DNA of 64,000 nt from the human T2T-CHM13v2.0 reference genome, Homo sapiens. A program made the position numbers and the translations under genes. The stretch lies in assembly GCF_009914755.1 (NCBI RefSeq), contig NC_060942.1; one strand, 5' to 3'. Position 1 is the stretch's first letter. Each line of letters opens with the position of its first letter. The notes under the pieces are model-generated. The model was not told the origin of the DNA. It was given only the letters and a program-made list of their open reading frames with translations, and made no database searches. Positions 34,111-49,690 of this stretch are shown here, piece by piece.

Positions 34111-36111
34111 TCTCTCCTCCCTCCCTCCCTTTCTCCCTTCCCTCCTTCTTTGCTTTTAAAACAATAAGTTGGAGTCTATTTTCTTTACATCAAAGTAGAA
34201 TATGAAAATGTAATATTGTCAAAATATTTGGCCATTTTCAGTTTTCTTTTATATCTTTTATTCTTATTTTCATTCTATATATAGTTAAGTTCATTATAAT
34301 TTTCTATACACGAATAAACTTTCAAATTACTGTAACATTTTCAAATCTTTTTCTCATTATTGGAGGAAATGAAAATTTTTATGAGATAAAATTATAATTA
34401 AGCATGATGATTAGCTTTGATCCAGAAAATAAAATAGCATAGAACTATTGCCTAAGTGAAGTTTTTAAATAAAAATTTTCCACATTTGATTAAGTAAAAC
34501 ATCTCGTCCCTTGAGCTCTGTATGACTTTTATAAATATCCAAAATGATTTTCTTTATAATTTTATCAGGAACTTTTTGGTGTTCATTGATTCTTTCAATA
34601 ATTAGCTATGCATATGTACATATATGAATATATATATATTTTCTATTATATACCAAACATATGCACATATATGTATGTATAATCTGTTATCTGCCAAGCA
34701 GTGATTTTGAGTGATAAGGCCACAGCAATAATTTAAGTCTCAGCCCTCAAAGAACTTAGACCTTTTGGGGGAGAAAAATAATTTACACTTAAATGTAGAA
34801 TATTTTCAGGGCAATGCTGTGCAGTGACAACCAAAAAGAGCAAGTTACAGCCCTGCTGTAACTTAAAACATAATAGGCATTTAGATAATCTCACAAGTTT
34901 GCACAATATTTGCTGCAGGCATGTTGATTGATTAATCTTAAAGGAACCTGCAATGTAGCCCAGTACCCTCTTTTAATAGTAGTTAACATCATTATGTGCC
35001 TCTTCTTATTCTATCCTCTATAAACCTGCAACCCTGAGAATTTTGCAACATAAATCTGATGATGTCAATTCCATGATAGTTTCTTATTTCCTGTAGCAGT
35101 CTTCTCAAGGTTCTCTACCAAAGTACTTCTGGAGAGAGAAAAAGATGCAATGGAGGATTTGATAACCAAGGCTTAGATGACCATTTAGGATTTCAGAAGT
35201 ACTTACATCTTCTATTTTGTCATAATTAGTCCAGTTGATTTAGACTCTATTCATAAGATGCTTGCTTTAAGATAATATGTTTATTTATAATTATATAAGA
35301 AGAAAGTCTTATTAATATCTCATTGATTAGCGGGTAACGAGCTGGTGCATTTTGCCTATTGATTTTAGAATATATAATTAAGGAGAGTTGACATTGTATT
35401 TTAATTTAGCATCTAGTTTAATCTTTATTCTCACATTTTGCATTCTGATATTTTATTATTCTTTGATTAATACCACGATTCAGTACATTTCATGATAAAG
35501 ATGTATGTGATATAGTGCTCCTTCCAAACATCAAGATTTTACTTCATATCTTCTTTTCTCTTTTCAGCTTTAGAGAAAAAACTTTCAAGTTAATTTAAAT
35601 TCTATAGCATAGCAGGATTGTTTCGCTTGTAAATGGCATAATTTCAATTTTAATTAGCTTAGTAATAATAATAAAAAGAAATAAGCGGTGTTGAGAGGAT
35701 GTTGGAAGGATAGTTCACAGAACAGAGGGAAACATTCCAGAAAAAATGTCCATTCTCAAGTTCCTTAGCAATCAGAACCAGGAATCGATTGGATCTTTTC
35801 TCTGATCCTCAGCTTCACTCACTCCACAGACTTCATGTGGCAGGAGACACAATACCAGCAGTCTGGGGTGGTCAGACAATTGTAGCTTAGTGAAGTAAAA
35901 AGGTTTCAGTACGTGTCCCAGTTTAAAAAATTCTGGATGGTATATATCAATCCTGGATGAATGACAATGATCACTGGGCTTATGATTGGCCAGGTCTGGA
36001 ATGGCCAGTTCAGGACCTATGTGTTTGATCCATTACAGGCACCCAATAAATGTCCTTTGATAAATTAATACATCAATGTAAGAATCACTAACTTGGTGTG
36101 GTTTGTAGGAT

Positions 36112-36614
36112 TGTTACCTAGAAAAATAGGAGTTCATTCGCCCAGTGAGTAATAGGCAACTCTCCACGAGAACGCAGGTTTGATCAATACTTTTATTGCT
36201 TGCCACAGATAAAGAGAGCCCTGGGAATATTCTCCAAACCCGTATCTCCCTGAGGAAAAGTGACACAAGGGTTCCATGGGGCGATGGAGAGGGGAAAGGG
36301 CGAGTCATTGCATGTAGAGAAGGGGTCCCAGTTGCACAATGCAGTGTGTCTTGCCAGCACATGCATCACATGTTATGGTAATGAAGCTATAGCTCATCCT
36401 GGGTTGGAGATCTCAGCATGGTACTGAGGAACGTTCACTCATGTTTGTCTGTATAAGTTTCTGGGCTCTGTGAGGAGCTGATTTCAATCAACTGCGTGAC
36501 CACATTCCAGGCAGGGTTTGGGAAAAAAAACAAGCTGCAAAGCTGGAAAACAGGCTGACTGCTCAAGTTGATTTTATTCCTATAATCCCTGCAGACCCTC
36601 CCTGTCTGCTTATA
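36112..36614 (-). mobile_element. ERV1-class solo LTR
   Basis: tgttacc...ctgcttata, 503 bp, 4-bp TSD ggat on both sides; polyA-like signal on the minus strand. Confidence 0.8.
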
Positions 36615-36736
36615 GGATTAGACAGAAACATAATTACAAAGAAGGAATTCAGTTAGGAAGCTATTGAGATATTGTTGGCAACTTATGAATGAGGTAAAGA
36701 CATCATTAATATTGACTCTAAAAAGTGAACATTGAT

Positions 36737-37186
36737 GTGGCAGATGTTGTAGATGTCTCACCTCTTAATTGCTTGGTCCACAGTGGCGTTCACCTACAAT
36801 AAGATCCTGTATAATGAAAGCATCTCACTCTAAGTACCATGGACTCTGCTTTTTTGATGGGGGTACATTCTTGTGAGCCAAATTTGTGATCAATACACCC
36901 CTGAAAGCCAGGGATTGAATATGCCCAGGGTGGGTAACCTTCAGTTTATGAGGAAGAGTAGGCAGTAGGTCAACAAGGGACAATGCAAAGGTTTGTTCTT
37001 CATGTTTCCTTTGAGCATCATCAACAGGAATGGGTCCCAGTTCTCCACAGTATCAATTGTTTATTGGGTTTTGTTCCATCTCATTTTCCCTACTCCCTCA
37101 CTTCTACTTCCTGGGATTACCTTTCAAATAAACTACCTGCATTCAAGTCTTTGTCTCAGGGTCTGGTTTGGGGAAACCCAAACTAG
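36737..37186 (+). mobile_element. LTR16-type (ERVL) LTR
   Basis: aataaactacctgcattcaagtctttgtctcagggtctggtttggggaaacccaaactag 3' end. Confidence 0.8.
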
Positions 37187-37901
37187 TCCTCATGATGATG
37201 AGGGGAATGAGTTGTCATTAATAGATGTGAGGAAGATACGAGAATAAACATGTTAGAAGGCCTGCAACTTTTTGTTAGAATATAATTAAAAGTATCTGTC
37301 GTCACAAATTTCACCAACATAATTTTTATGATTTTAAATTTACAGCAAAAAACATTACCAGTGAATATTAAAGCATTTTTTAGGGTGGCACATGCCCTTT
37401 CATTACTCATTTCATCCTTTTAGAGTAGAGAGATTAATATCACTCACTATAAAAAAAATAGGCAGAGGAAATGGGAGTGATTTTAAAGGATTTCGCTTGA
37501 AACACTACTGAAGTTTCATTCTGGGTCTCACTGCTAATAGCTTATTTCTTCATATAATGCAATATTTGGTAATTAGGGCTATAGAATGTAGACTTATGTA
37601 TTTTCTTTTCCAATAGGAAATAAGGTACTTAAGTTCTTATGTAATAATAATACAAAATATGAATATGGTATCCTTGGTTCCTAGCTTTCCTCAGGTAAAG
37701 TTTATTTTTGGGTTTCCTCACCAGGATACTTGAGTTGAGCTGACAGAACTTGCTTGGGTCATTTGAGTCACTTTGGTTAACCAAAAATAGTCATCTGTTA
37801 AATTATCAGCTTTGCACCACATCAATATGAACAAAGCCAAGTACAGTGCTAGTTTACTTCAAGGAACTTATAATGTAGTTAATGAGATAGAATGTATATT
37901 A

Positions 37902-38087
<186 letters not shown>

Positions 38088-39217
38088 TCAAAAAACTTAA
38101 GATTTTCTATGCCAATACTGAGGAAATAGAAAATATTTAATCTTATGATATTAGGGATTATTTAAGGAAGCCTTGTAGGAATAAGTAGTACTTCAAATAA
38201 TAAAAGACTATTTGGGGGAGTCATGCACACTGTGTAAATAGTAAAATAAAGAAACAATCTTTAATCTACTTTTAATCACCCTTTAATTCAATAAAAGGTA
38301 AACTTTCACAAAGAAATACATATATTTTGGCCATATATACAAGACCATGTCATCTTGTATATGTACATCACACAGGAGGCTCAGCGAGTGACAGTTAATA
38401 GGGGAATAGACCTGCGTCCTCACTCCCATCTAAACTAGAGAGATGAAAAATAAATGTGCCATAATCCCCTTTCTTCTGGTTAATCATCATCATGTCCAAG
38501 AGTTTTAAAGTTTTGGATGTGTAAACATGAATCAAGCTAATATCTCATTTTCAAATGATGTTCAATTATGTAAATCTCCATCTTTCATCTTTGCTTATTA
38601 GTAGAGTAGCAGTGGCCAGTGATTATAAGAAAAGGGCATTTTTTTTTGACTTTTAATATGTCATGTATTAATATTTATGGAGCAACTTTTTTGCATAATA
38701 CACCTACTGCCTTCTACAAAAGACCAAATAGATAAATAATTCAGGAAATATTTATGAGTTTATTCATTTATTCTGCAAGCCTTACTTATCTGTAGATCAA
38801 TTAATGTGCAAATTAAATATTCATCAGCCAATTTGTGGTATTGAGTTATTTTGTGATATTCAGATGTTTTTTTTTCCTTTTTATGTTCAATGATGATTAT
38901 TTGAGATTCAAATGCAGACACTAGGCAGAGTTGTTATATCTGTATATTATTAAAAAATGAATAATAAGACTCCATAAGAAAAAAAAATTAACTTACTGTT
39001 TCCTTTTAAATAAGAATATCATTAAAATTTCCATTTTAGAATACTTTTACATCTACAATAGTTATATTAGGAAGGCAGCACTTTATAAGCAGTAGTTTTA
39101 AAACTTTCTGGTTTTAGGAACCCTTTACCTCATAACAATTATTGAAGATCTGAAAGAATTTTGCTTTATGTGAGTCACATCTAACAATTTCGGCTATGTT
39201 AGAAATATTACAAATTA

Positions 39218-39557
<340 letters not shown>

Positions 39558-39716
39558 CTAAAACAAAAATAAAAATAGAAAGGTAACAGTGTTGTACATT
39601 GGTAAATTTGGCTTAATATAAGATTTTTGCATGTTTGGCTTAATGGAAAACATTTGAATTTTTATATCTGCTTTTGGGTTCTGTATGTTTCAAAATGTTG
39701 TGTCAGTGGAAGCATC

Positions 39717-40665
39717 TAAAGAATAAAACAATCCAATTAAAATATGGGTAAAAGAAGACATTTTCTCAAAAGAAGACATACATGTGGCCAACAGGTGTAT
39801 ATAAATAAAAAGCTCAGAATTACTAATTATCAGAAAAATGCAAATTAAAGCCACAATGAGATACCATCTCACCCCAGTTAAAATGGCTTTTATCAAAAAT
39901 ACAGGGAATAACAGATGCTGGTGAGGATGTATGGAGTTTTGGAAAACGCCATACAAAAACTAAAAGACTAAAAACAGAACTACCATATGATTCGTTTTAG
40001 TCCAAAAACTAAAAACAAGACTGCCATATGATTCAGCAATTCTGCTAATGAATATAAACCCCAAAGAAAGGAAATCAGTATATTGAAGGATACCTGCACT
40101 TTCATGTTTATAGCAGCACTATTCACAATAGCCAAAACATGGCATCAAACTGAGTGTCCCTCAATGGATGAATGAACAAAGAAAATGTGGTATATATAAA
40201 CGATGGAGTATTATTCATGCATAAAACATCCTATCATTTGTAGCAACATGAATGGAATTAGTGGTCATTAAGTTAAATGAATTAAGCCAAGTATAAAAAG
40301 CCAAATATCACATGTTCTCACTCATATGTGGGAGCTAAAAACATGGATCTCATGAAGATAGAGAGTGGATTGGTGCAAACTGGAGACCAGCAAGGGTAGA
40401 GGGGAGGGGAGGATAAAGAAACATTTATTAATAGTTTAAAAAATACATATGGTTTGATAGAAATAAGACCTAGTGTTTGAGTTTACAATAATCTATTTTA
40501 TATCTCAAAATACCTAGAAGAAAATAATTTGAATGTTTTCATGATAAAGAAAAGACATATTTAAGGTGATAAATATCCCAATTATGCTGATTTAATCTTT
40601 ACAAATTATGTGAATATATCACATGTACTCCAAAAGTATGTACATCTATTATGTATCAAAAATAA
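39717..40665 (+). mobile_element. L1MA 3' end
   Basis: tcaaaagaagacatac...atgagataccatctcaccccagtt...L1MA 3' UTR. Confidence 0.85.
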
Positions 40666-42059
40666 GGAAAATCCAGCTGGAACACTTGTGTAACTGGAAA
40701 AGGCAGGCATATTTCAATAGTCTTTTAATATAATTGTGGTTATTTTTCTTTGATACATGCAAAAAATTAGAAGTGGCAGTTTGTTAACAGTTAATTGAAG
40801 TGTGGAATTTGAAAGTATATCACTGAACTTTTTGTTCTCTTTTATATTAAAATTCATTGGTTCATCTGCACTTTGAAATGCATGACTTGTAATATGCATT
40901 GGTCATTTGGAAAATATTGGTTTAATGACTAATGGAGATCTTCTAGTATTACTGTTTATGTCAAAGAAAATATTTATTGGGAAGCTGTCAAGCTCACAAT
41001 AGCAGAATGAAATTTCCTAAATTTGCTTGAAAGTTCAAATTTTATAATCAAATATCAATTATTTCCCTTATATTGAAAGATTCACTTTGTTCATTTCTGA
41101 ACAAACAAAAACAAAAAACAGTCTGCCAAACACACAAATCTAGATGTTCACAGTTTTTTTTTGCTTTGTTTTTGTTTTGAGGTAAAGGTGGTGTTCCATG
41201 AAAAAGTGGCTAGTTTAGCTTACATCTCTAACAAGTGGATGAGTGCTTTCCCTCAAGTCAACCTATCTTTCTCCTTCAGTACGCAACTCTTATGTTTTAT
41301 CCTTACTTCCAATTTCATGGCACAGAATATTAAACTTTTATTAATGTGTATGATACAAAACTGAAATGATACAAAATCAATCATTTACATTTCTCAAATT
41401 TCAAAGTTTTATTTTTATTTTTCTCTTTCTGCATTAAATCAAATTAGTCTATGGTTAGTTACCCAATGTTACTTTTAAGCAACATGTTAAATAAAGGTTT
41501 ATTTTAAATTCATGAAGAATCCAATGATATCAATAATATTACTTAAAATAATGAAATACAGCAGTTACATTTAGTGATTTTTATAGACAATATGACATGA
41601 ATATTTTTCTATGAGAAATTATTTCAAATTTCTAAATAACATGTAAGTAAAAGAAAAATGGGTCCATTTCCTCAACATTAATACCCTTGAATAGTGTCTA
41701 ACCTGAAGAATAATGAAAGACCAGTATAAGTGACATTTGATAAAATAGAATAAAAGGTTCTAAAAATAATAATGTCTTCTTCATTTGAAAACAATTTCCA
41801 AGATAATTTCAATTGTAATATGAGCAGGCATATAAAATTTTTTCCACAATTATTTAAATGGCCATTTGGTGGATTTCATTGTTTAAATTCTCTTGAATTT
41901 TACTCTGAAAGGGAAATGTTAAAGCATCTACATAGCCTAATGCATGTGTATGTATCTTTTTCATCTTTTGCCTATTACATTTCTAAGAACTAAAATATTA
42001 CCTTTTGCGTTGTAATTATGTTTCTAAATTAAAACAATAGTTAATTGCACTTGGGATGC

Positions 42060-44700
42060 TAATCTGTAACTCAACATATTAGTTCTTTATATATTCTTTG
42101 CTCATAAATCTTTCCACAGATGAATAATATATTGTTTAACTGTATTTTGGGCTTTAACATATATTGTCACTTAGGCACTTAAGTGATTCTGACATGCCAT
42201 GTTTTAATTTCTAAGAAATTTTTCTTATTCTGCTTATTTGCTTTGGCTAAGGTTCTTGTTTTGTGGATATTTGATCACCTCTTGTTTCTTTGGAAATACT
42301 ACGAGTTATTTTTGTGTTTTCTCTCTTTCTTTTCTATTTAAAGCATGTTCTCAGTTTCTTATTTGATTACTTAAGACCCACTTCCCTACTGGCTGGTAAT
42401 CATTGATTGTGTTGTATGTTCATTGTGAAAGTTTTGAATGTGAGAGTGAGAATGCCAATTAGAGAAATTAGTTACAGGCACCTGGTGAGTTTTTCCAGTG
42501 AAGCATCTTGAAACATTTTCTCTCAGCTCTTTTATTTGTGATGAGGAGGCCTCTTATATTCTCTTGCTTTTGGGTCCTTTGGAGGTTCCTGAGGAAAGAG
42601 GAAAGGTATGTTTGCTAGTGGTTTTGGAATCATATCAGTGGAAAGAATTAGACTGCAGTATGAATTACACTTAATTCCTCAGTTTGTAGCCCCTTGCTTC
42701 ACCCTTGCTTTTAATATGCTTTGTCACTTTAACATCTCCCAAGTTCACTTCCTAAAGGCATAAAACTTCAGTATTCTGTAGGAATTGGGAACGCAGAGGT
42801 AGAGAGTGGAAGAGAATGGTGATTGCTTGATTATACAAGGAGGAGAATCTTGGGGTTCAATCTTTATCTACCAATATTCAATCAATCATCCGTTTTCTAT
42901 ATCACACCATACCCTCACTTTCTGCACTATCTGGTGCTTCCGCTTATACCTTTCCAGAGTTATTCCAGGCAGTTGTTTTATGTCTCTACAGATCTGTATG
43001 GAGATTATGCATCACCCTCTTAAATCACTTACCATTCTTCCATTTTCTATTTTGCAATCTTTTTAATGTTATCTAAAGTGAATTTTCCATTAAATATAAT
43101 TATGATAGGATTTTGAAAGGTAAGATGGGAAATGCATGCTGATAATTAGATGTATGTCTGGAAATTGCCATCATTCACTTATCAACCCACCACAGACTGG
43201 CTTCTGCTCTTAATAATTTACTGAAACTTTTTCTGGCAAATACAACCAATACTCGCCATCCTACCAAATCCAACAGGCATTCCTCATTCTTATCTCTTCA
43301 TATTGTTGGTTTTCTTTGATGTATCTGAAGAGAAAGATAATACAGTTAGTTACCTTTTGGTTTGGGGCTTCAAATGATGAATTGTTTTATAAAAACTGAA
43401 AATAAGAAAAAATAATCTGATAATTTTATCCATACTTTTATCATTTCTAACATTGTTAATTCTTTTACGTAGAGCAAAGTTTAAGAAGAATCTATTTTAT
43501 TGTTTTGAGTTGGCCCAGATAACATTCTTTAATGTCTCCTGTAGTGCTACTTAGAAATTCACTATTGTTTGTGATGTAAAATGTAATACAGAATTCTAGT
43601 TTTCAGTGGTTTTCTTTAAATAAACTTTTAAAGCACTTTAAAAATTCTTATAACTTTAGTCCTCTGTACATTTTTTTTCTGACTGTTGTAAATTTTTTAA
43701 AACTTTTATTTGCTTTCAGCAAGTTGATACATACATTCTGGTGTGGTTTTTCATCTGTTTATCCACCTTGGGATTTGATGAACTTTCTGGGATCTGTGGG
43801 TTTATAGTTTTAATCAAATTTGAGGTTAAGCCACTATTTCTTCAAATAGTTTTCTTTTTCCTCTTCTTCTGGAAGTTAACTTAAACATACATGAAACTCT
43901 ATTATTTTACTTCATATAACTATGCTCTGACCATATTTTTTCTCCCTTTAGTTTAGTTTAGGTAGTCTTCAATGTTTAATGCATTTCAAATTCATTAGTC
44001 TTATCTTTTTCCTTTTCTGTAACCTCTAAATTTCTATTAGATCAATCTGGTAAATTTTTCATTTTATAAGTTTTATTTGTTCAGCCAGCCCTAGAAATTC
44101 AATTTAGTTTAGTTTTATTGTTCCCATATCTCTTTATATTATATTTATGTTTTCCTTAAATCTTTGAATATATTTGTAGTACATGTTTTCAAAATTCCTT
44201 CTGCTAATTCCATCAACTTTGTTATTTCTGGTTGTTTCTACTTACCAATTTTCTTTTCCTGGTTGTGGGTTACATTGTTCCACTTCTTTGCATATTTTAA
44301 ATTTTTTATTGGATGCCGGACGTTGTGAATTTTATGTTGCTTTGTATATAGATGTCATCCTTCAGAGTATCAGTTTTGCTTAGGTAGGCAGTTCACATTA
44401 TCCTTGCAACTCTTGACTTTTAAGCATTGTTAGTCCTAGAGTAGCCTTTATTCTAGAACTAATTTTGGCCTAATTCTAACTTGCAGCCTTTCTGGCTCTT
44501 CCTGAGAGCTCTACTGAATGTCCCATGTGTTCAAATTGGTCTCTCCATTCTCCTACTTCAAAACTGGGATGGATCTCAACCATGTGAGCTCTGGGTATTG
44601 TTCAGCTTACTTAGTAAGTCTTATTTCCTCTATACATATTCATTGCCTAACCTCATGAAATCTCTAAGCACTTACAGGTTGGTGTTCAGTGAACAGCCAT
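42060..44700 (-). mobile_element. Old L1M fragments with a short L2 piece near 43.1-43.3 kb
   Basis: ttctgggatctgtgggtttatagttttaatcaaattt...ccactatttcttcaaata antisense L1 motif. Confidence 0.6.
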
Positions 44701-44871
44701 ATATTTTATTACATGTTTTTAAAGAAATGAAATCTTAAAAAAAATATATAGAAGTAAATTCTCCCTTTACCACTACCATTCTTGAATACTCCCGTATTAG
44801 TAATAGATAATTTGGTGTATTCATTCCAGTTCTTTTTGTCTCTAAGTTACTCACTACATATTGTTCACTGA

Positions 44872-45227
<356 letters not shown>

Positions 45228-45629
45228 AAAAATGGGATTTTCTTACACATACCCTAGGATATATTACATTTTAAAGTACTGGGATGTCTTTTTCTGACTC
45301 TACATAGCTATGTGCTTCTACAATAAATAAAATAGTACGCCATATTTTATTTAAGTGTTTTTCAGTGGATGGATATTTTAGATTATTTTCACTCTCTTCA
45401 CAATGACAAGTAACACAGTTTTTTAATTTAGATTTGTCAAAGCAAAATTATAGGATCAAGGGAGAATTTTAATTTAAAATAAGAAAATACTCTTTAAAAA
45501 GGCCATACCAGTTTATATTCTTGTGAAGGTTTAGGAGTTGCTTTTTAAAAAACCACTACCAACTCTGTAACATGTTTTGTTTGACCAATTTAACTGGCAA
45601 AAAATTTGCCTAATGGAGATTTTAATTTT

Positions 45630-46682
45630 TTTCTTCCAGTTCTTGTTGCAATCTTCAAAGTAAATCTTAGTGATTTGGGTAGGCTGGGAGGTACTGATTA
45701 AACACAAATTATATGACCTGATATATCCTGCTAAACCTTAATTCCTAAAATACAAAGAAAGTTGATTGGTTTTACTATCCATTCCAAATATATTTCATTC
45801 AGAGTTATGGATTAAGTTGTTTCCTTGTAACAGTTATCTGTAGCGAATTGGATACTGTTTTCCTGTCTTCTTGGTTTACATGCCTAGGATCACATGACAT
45901 TTGCCTTGGTTGCCATCAGCCAATTACCACAGATGCTCTAGGTATGGTTCAGTTCAGATTAAACTAAACCTGAAAAATCATTTTGCTTTACATACTGATA
46001 TTTTATGTTCAAGTAAAAACCATACGTTACCTGAAAATAATTTAAAATACTCATAAAATGACTAGAGTTTATTTAGAAAGCCACTAGGTGGGACGGCAGA
46101 ATTAGTATGTTACGTTGTTTCAGCAAAATGGAGGGATTAAGGTTGGGTGATCTGGTTTTCGGTTTGGGGTAAAAATTCTGCCCTGATAGTTGTGAGTTGC
46201 ACTTTGTAGAATGAAGTTCCTACACTTTCTGTGAATTAGTTTCTACACTGTAGATACGTGGTACAAATTATATATCAGAATAATGTGAATGTGATTTACA
46301 AAAACTAAAACATAACAAAACTATTTTTTCACTTTCAAGATCAATAAAATAAAGATGTATTCTAGACACAAACCCCACAAAGAACAACATAGTTTTGATG
46401 TTATTATATGATTGTGATATTTTTTCTTTCAATATAAGTAAACAGAAAGCTTACAAATTCTTACAAAAAATTACAATGAGATGAACAATGAAAATAATCA
46501 CATGAATATAAAAACCAGACATTCCCACAAAGCCTGCACGATTTTCTCTGTACTTTGTGTGCTTCATTATATTGTTAAAAGCAATTCCCCAAAGATGAAA
46601 AAAATTCTTCCAGAGGAGATCAGTGACTTAAGAAAACAGATGAAGTCAAACCTCACAAAGTAAACATATATCAATAAGACTT
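45630..46682 (-). pseudogene. Fossil N-terminal VWA exons (46554-46682, about 46075-46247, 45838-45937, about 45630-45744)
   Basis: DICLL...FDFICFLKSLISS...IAF.QYNEAHK|gt; ILQ...NYQG...LHFAE; ASVVI-ADG...QENSIQFAT|; tag|GIK...SQPT. Order matches COL7A1 DIVFLL...FLEGLV...VQYSDDPR|...SYKG...LHVAD|VCILITDG...LFAV|GIK...SQPT as recalled. Confidence 0.62.
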
Positions 46683-47454
46683 CTGAGTGTTTATTAAGTT
46701 GCTGTTTATGTTTTTTAGTTGTTACTTTTTCTGTCTTCACATGTATCTTTTGAACTCAGATAATCAAAAATTATGTGGAAAGAAAGCCTAGTAAATATGG
46801 CTTACGTGAAAGAATAACTTAGTTCTTTTTTAGACTTTACAGTATAACTAAGCAACCTGTAAATGTGTAAAGAATTGAATGATATTAGGCACCGTGAAAG
46901 TGTAAAAGGAATTGAATGACATTTTTTTTTTTCATTTCCTTAAAGCTCATGCAATCTAAGAGCTAGCGTATCAACACAGGAAAAGCAAAAAAATAAATAA
47001 AACATTAGATAACAATTGTCAAAATCTGATATATTGGATAACGTTCAAATTTCAAACATCCTTTATATTACGGTAGAAATACTTTTTTTTTCAACTTACT
47101 AGTTAACAAATGTATAAAAGTAGAAACATAAATTTTTGTGTCTCCCTTTTCTTGTCTGAAAAATAGTGCTACAAGAGTATCCACAAGTGACGTGGACTGC
47201 TAGTTTTTCCAATATCCATTTCTTCAATTTTGTGTTGGTAGCACATCCTTGCCCTTATTCTCTTCCTCCTTGCCTATAAACAAAGGAAGGAAGATGTCCA
47301 TCGAGCATGAGACTGTGATTTCTATCCTAGCCTCCTACCTTAAGCCTTAGGCTAATTTCTCTTATCCCCCTTTTCCCCCATTTCTTACTCTGGAATTCAG
47401 ATACAGTGCTAGTGAGCTAGCGGATAAAAAGTGGATGAAGGCTATACCCTTGAC

Positions 47455-47868
47455 CTGTGCTGTCTAGTACAGTGGCCACTGGCCACATCGGGCTCTTGAG
47501 CGCTTGAAATTGGCTGGTGTGACTGAATAAAATAATTTTTAATTGTATTTGGTTTTAATTACTTTAAATTTAAAAACAAATAATTTAGTTATTAAAAAAT
47601 TGTATGTTGAAACAATTTGTGTGTATTAACATTTTCCAAACAAAATTTTTGTGAAACCTAAATATGACCAAGTATTTCCAATGAAATTTAGCATCCTAAT
47701 TGTGAGGTAATACATATTTAAAATGATCACATTTTGGACCTATTAGGTTAAATTAAATATATCCCTAATGTTAATTTAATCTGTTTATTTTTACTTTTGA
47801 AAAATGTGATTAATAGAAAAATTAAAAATTACACATTTAGTTCACTTATATTTCTATCAGACAGCATT
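47455..47868. mobile_element. MER33/MER3-type hAT element inserted in an MLT1-like LTR (about 47190-48050)
   Basis: gctgtctagtacagtggccactggccacat...cacttatatttctatcagacagcattg. Confidence 0.75.
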
Positions 47869-48074
47869 GATCTAAGGAATGGCAAGAAAGAAGGTACCCA
47901 GAGCTCTGCCTGACCTCATGGAGCACAACAGTGTGATAGCCCTTAGCCACCTACCAGTCCAGACTTCTATACAGAAGAGAAATAAATCTTAACATTGACT
48001 TAAGTCCCTATTATTTTGGTTTCTATTAAAGCATCTGTTCACTATTTTAACTACTAAACTACTTCATTAAGTTG

Positions 48075-48345
48075 TTGAGAGTATTAAATGAGTTATTGCT
48101 TATTAAAATATTAAAGTATTAGAGTATTAAATAAATTATTGCTTATAATAATTTATAATAATTTATTTATTATTTGAGTATTAAATAATTAGTATTAGAG
48201 TATTAAATAAATATTAGTATTAGAGTATTAAATAAATTATTGCTTATGATTATTTATAATTATTTATTTATAATTTATTATTTAGTTATAACTTATAATT
48301 ATTTATAAAATATTAAAGTATTAGCATATTAAATAAGTTATTGCT
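48075..48345. repeat. AT-rich degenerate tandem expansion
   Basis: Reiterated tattagagtattaaataa / ttattgcttat units. Confidence 0.85.
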
Positions 48346-48729
48346 TATCAAGAGTTTAAAATAGAGCATGCTACATACTAAGGGCTCAATGCCCGTAAAT
48401 TATTTTCCTTCTTATTCTCTGAATTGAAATGTGGTTCTCTTACCCATAATTCCATATTACTTTATAAGTTTACATTATATCGTGCCATCATAATTTTATG
48501 CACTTAAATTGGAATTCACTTGAAGGAATTTTGCCAGCTAGCATGTGTCTCTATCTCTAGTCTCTGTGAATCTCTTAGGTAAACACAGAATTCCTGCACA
48601 AAGGTTTACTGAGACACTTAGTTAATACTTTCAACTATCATCCCATTACCATTGTTTCCATAACCATAAGAAAACCACAGTCATGTCATTCCTCCATAGC
48701 TCAAACTTTCTCTGGTTTTCTATTGCTCT

Positions 48730-48885
48730 AAGGATGAATACCAAACACACTCACGTATCTTTTCCACCTCATAGGATGATTTCTTCCTTTTGGTTTTCTG
48801 GGCTGTAAAGGATGAATACCAAACACACTCACGTATCCTTCCCACCCGGTAGGATGATTTCTTCCTTTTGGTTTTCTGGGCTGTA
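48730..48885 (+). repeat. 78-bp tandem duplication within L2-like sequence
   Basis: aaggatgaataccaaacacactcacgtatc...ggttttctgggctgta twice. Confidence 0.95.
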
Positions 48886-49439
48886 CCATATACTGTAGCT
48901 TTCTCTTATTTGTTCAGTTGATCTCTCAAGACCTTATGCATTTCTTTTATTTTTCCTTGAGCATGTTTCTCTTTCCGCATCCTCTAGATAAATGCCAATT
49001 ACCACGTCATATCAACCTCTTTAGAGAGCCTTAGATGGCCCTCCGGATTGCCTTAACTCCTCTGCTAAATGCTTTTAGAACACCACGTTTACACCCTCCC
49101 TAACCATCCTGTCCCATGTCTCTACTAGAATCAACGGTTATAATCTTATAAATGTAGCACCTTTCACATTATTAAAATATTTTTTTCTATTCACTACTCT
49201 CTTTTCTACCAAATGGTACTTCCTTGAGGACAATACTGAATGAACATTTTGTAACTCCTTTGAACATCAAGGCAGAATGTCTAATAAATTCATTAGACTA
49301 GCAGGTAAGCTCTACAAAAATTGACAGATACTTGGTGTGATAATTCAGAAGAAAATAAATATCACTTCATCTCAGTGGTAGAGATAAAGAAGTATTTATG
49401 GAGTTACTAAGATATCACTTGAACCCTATAAGACGGAAG

Positions 49440-49690
49440 TCAGATTCGTGGTTAAGAGAAGACTTTAGAACCAGACTATCTGGAATTGAATCATAGATTT
49501 GCCACTTATTAGCTGTGTGATCCATGACAAGCTATAAGATCTCCCTGTGCCTTAAGTTTGTCATTTGTAAAATGGACAGAGGAAATGGCAGTAAATCTTA
49601 CAAGACTATGAGGAGAATTAAATGAGCAAATATGAATCTAGCTTAGAAGAGTGCTTCGTGTATAATAAGTTCTCAGTAAATATATGTTAT
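49440..49690 (+). mobile_element. MIR
   Basis: gtggttaagag...gccacttattagctgtgtga...ctgtgccttaagtttgtcatttgtaaaatgg. Confidence 0.85.
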
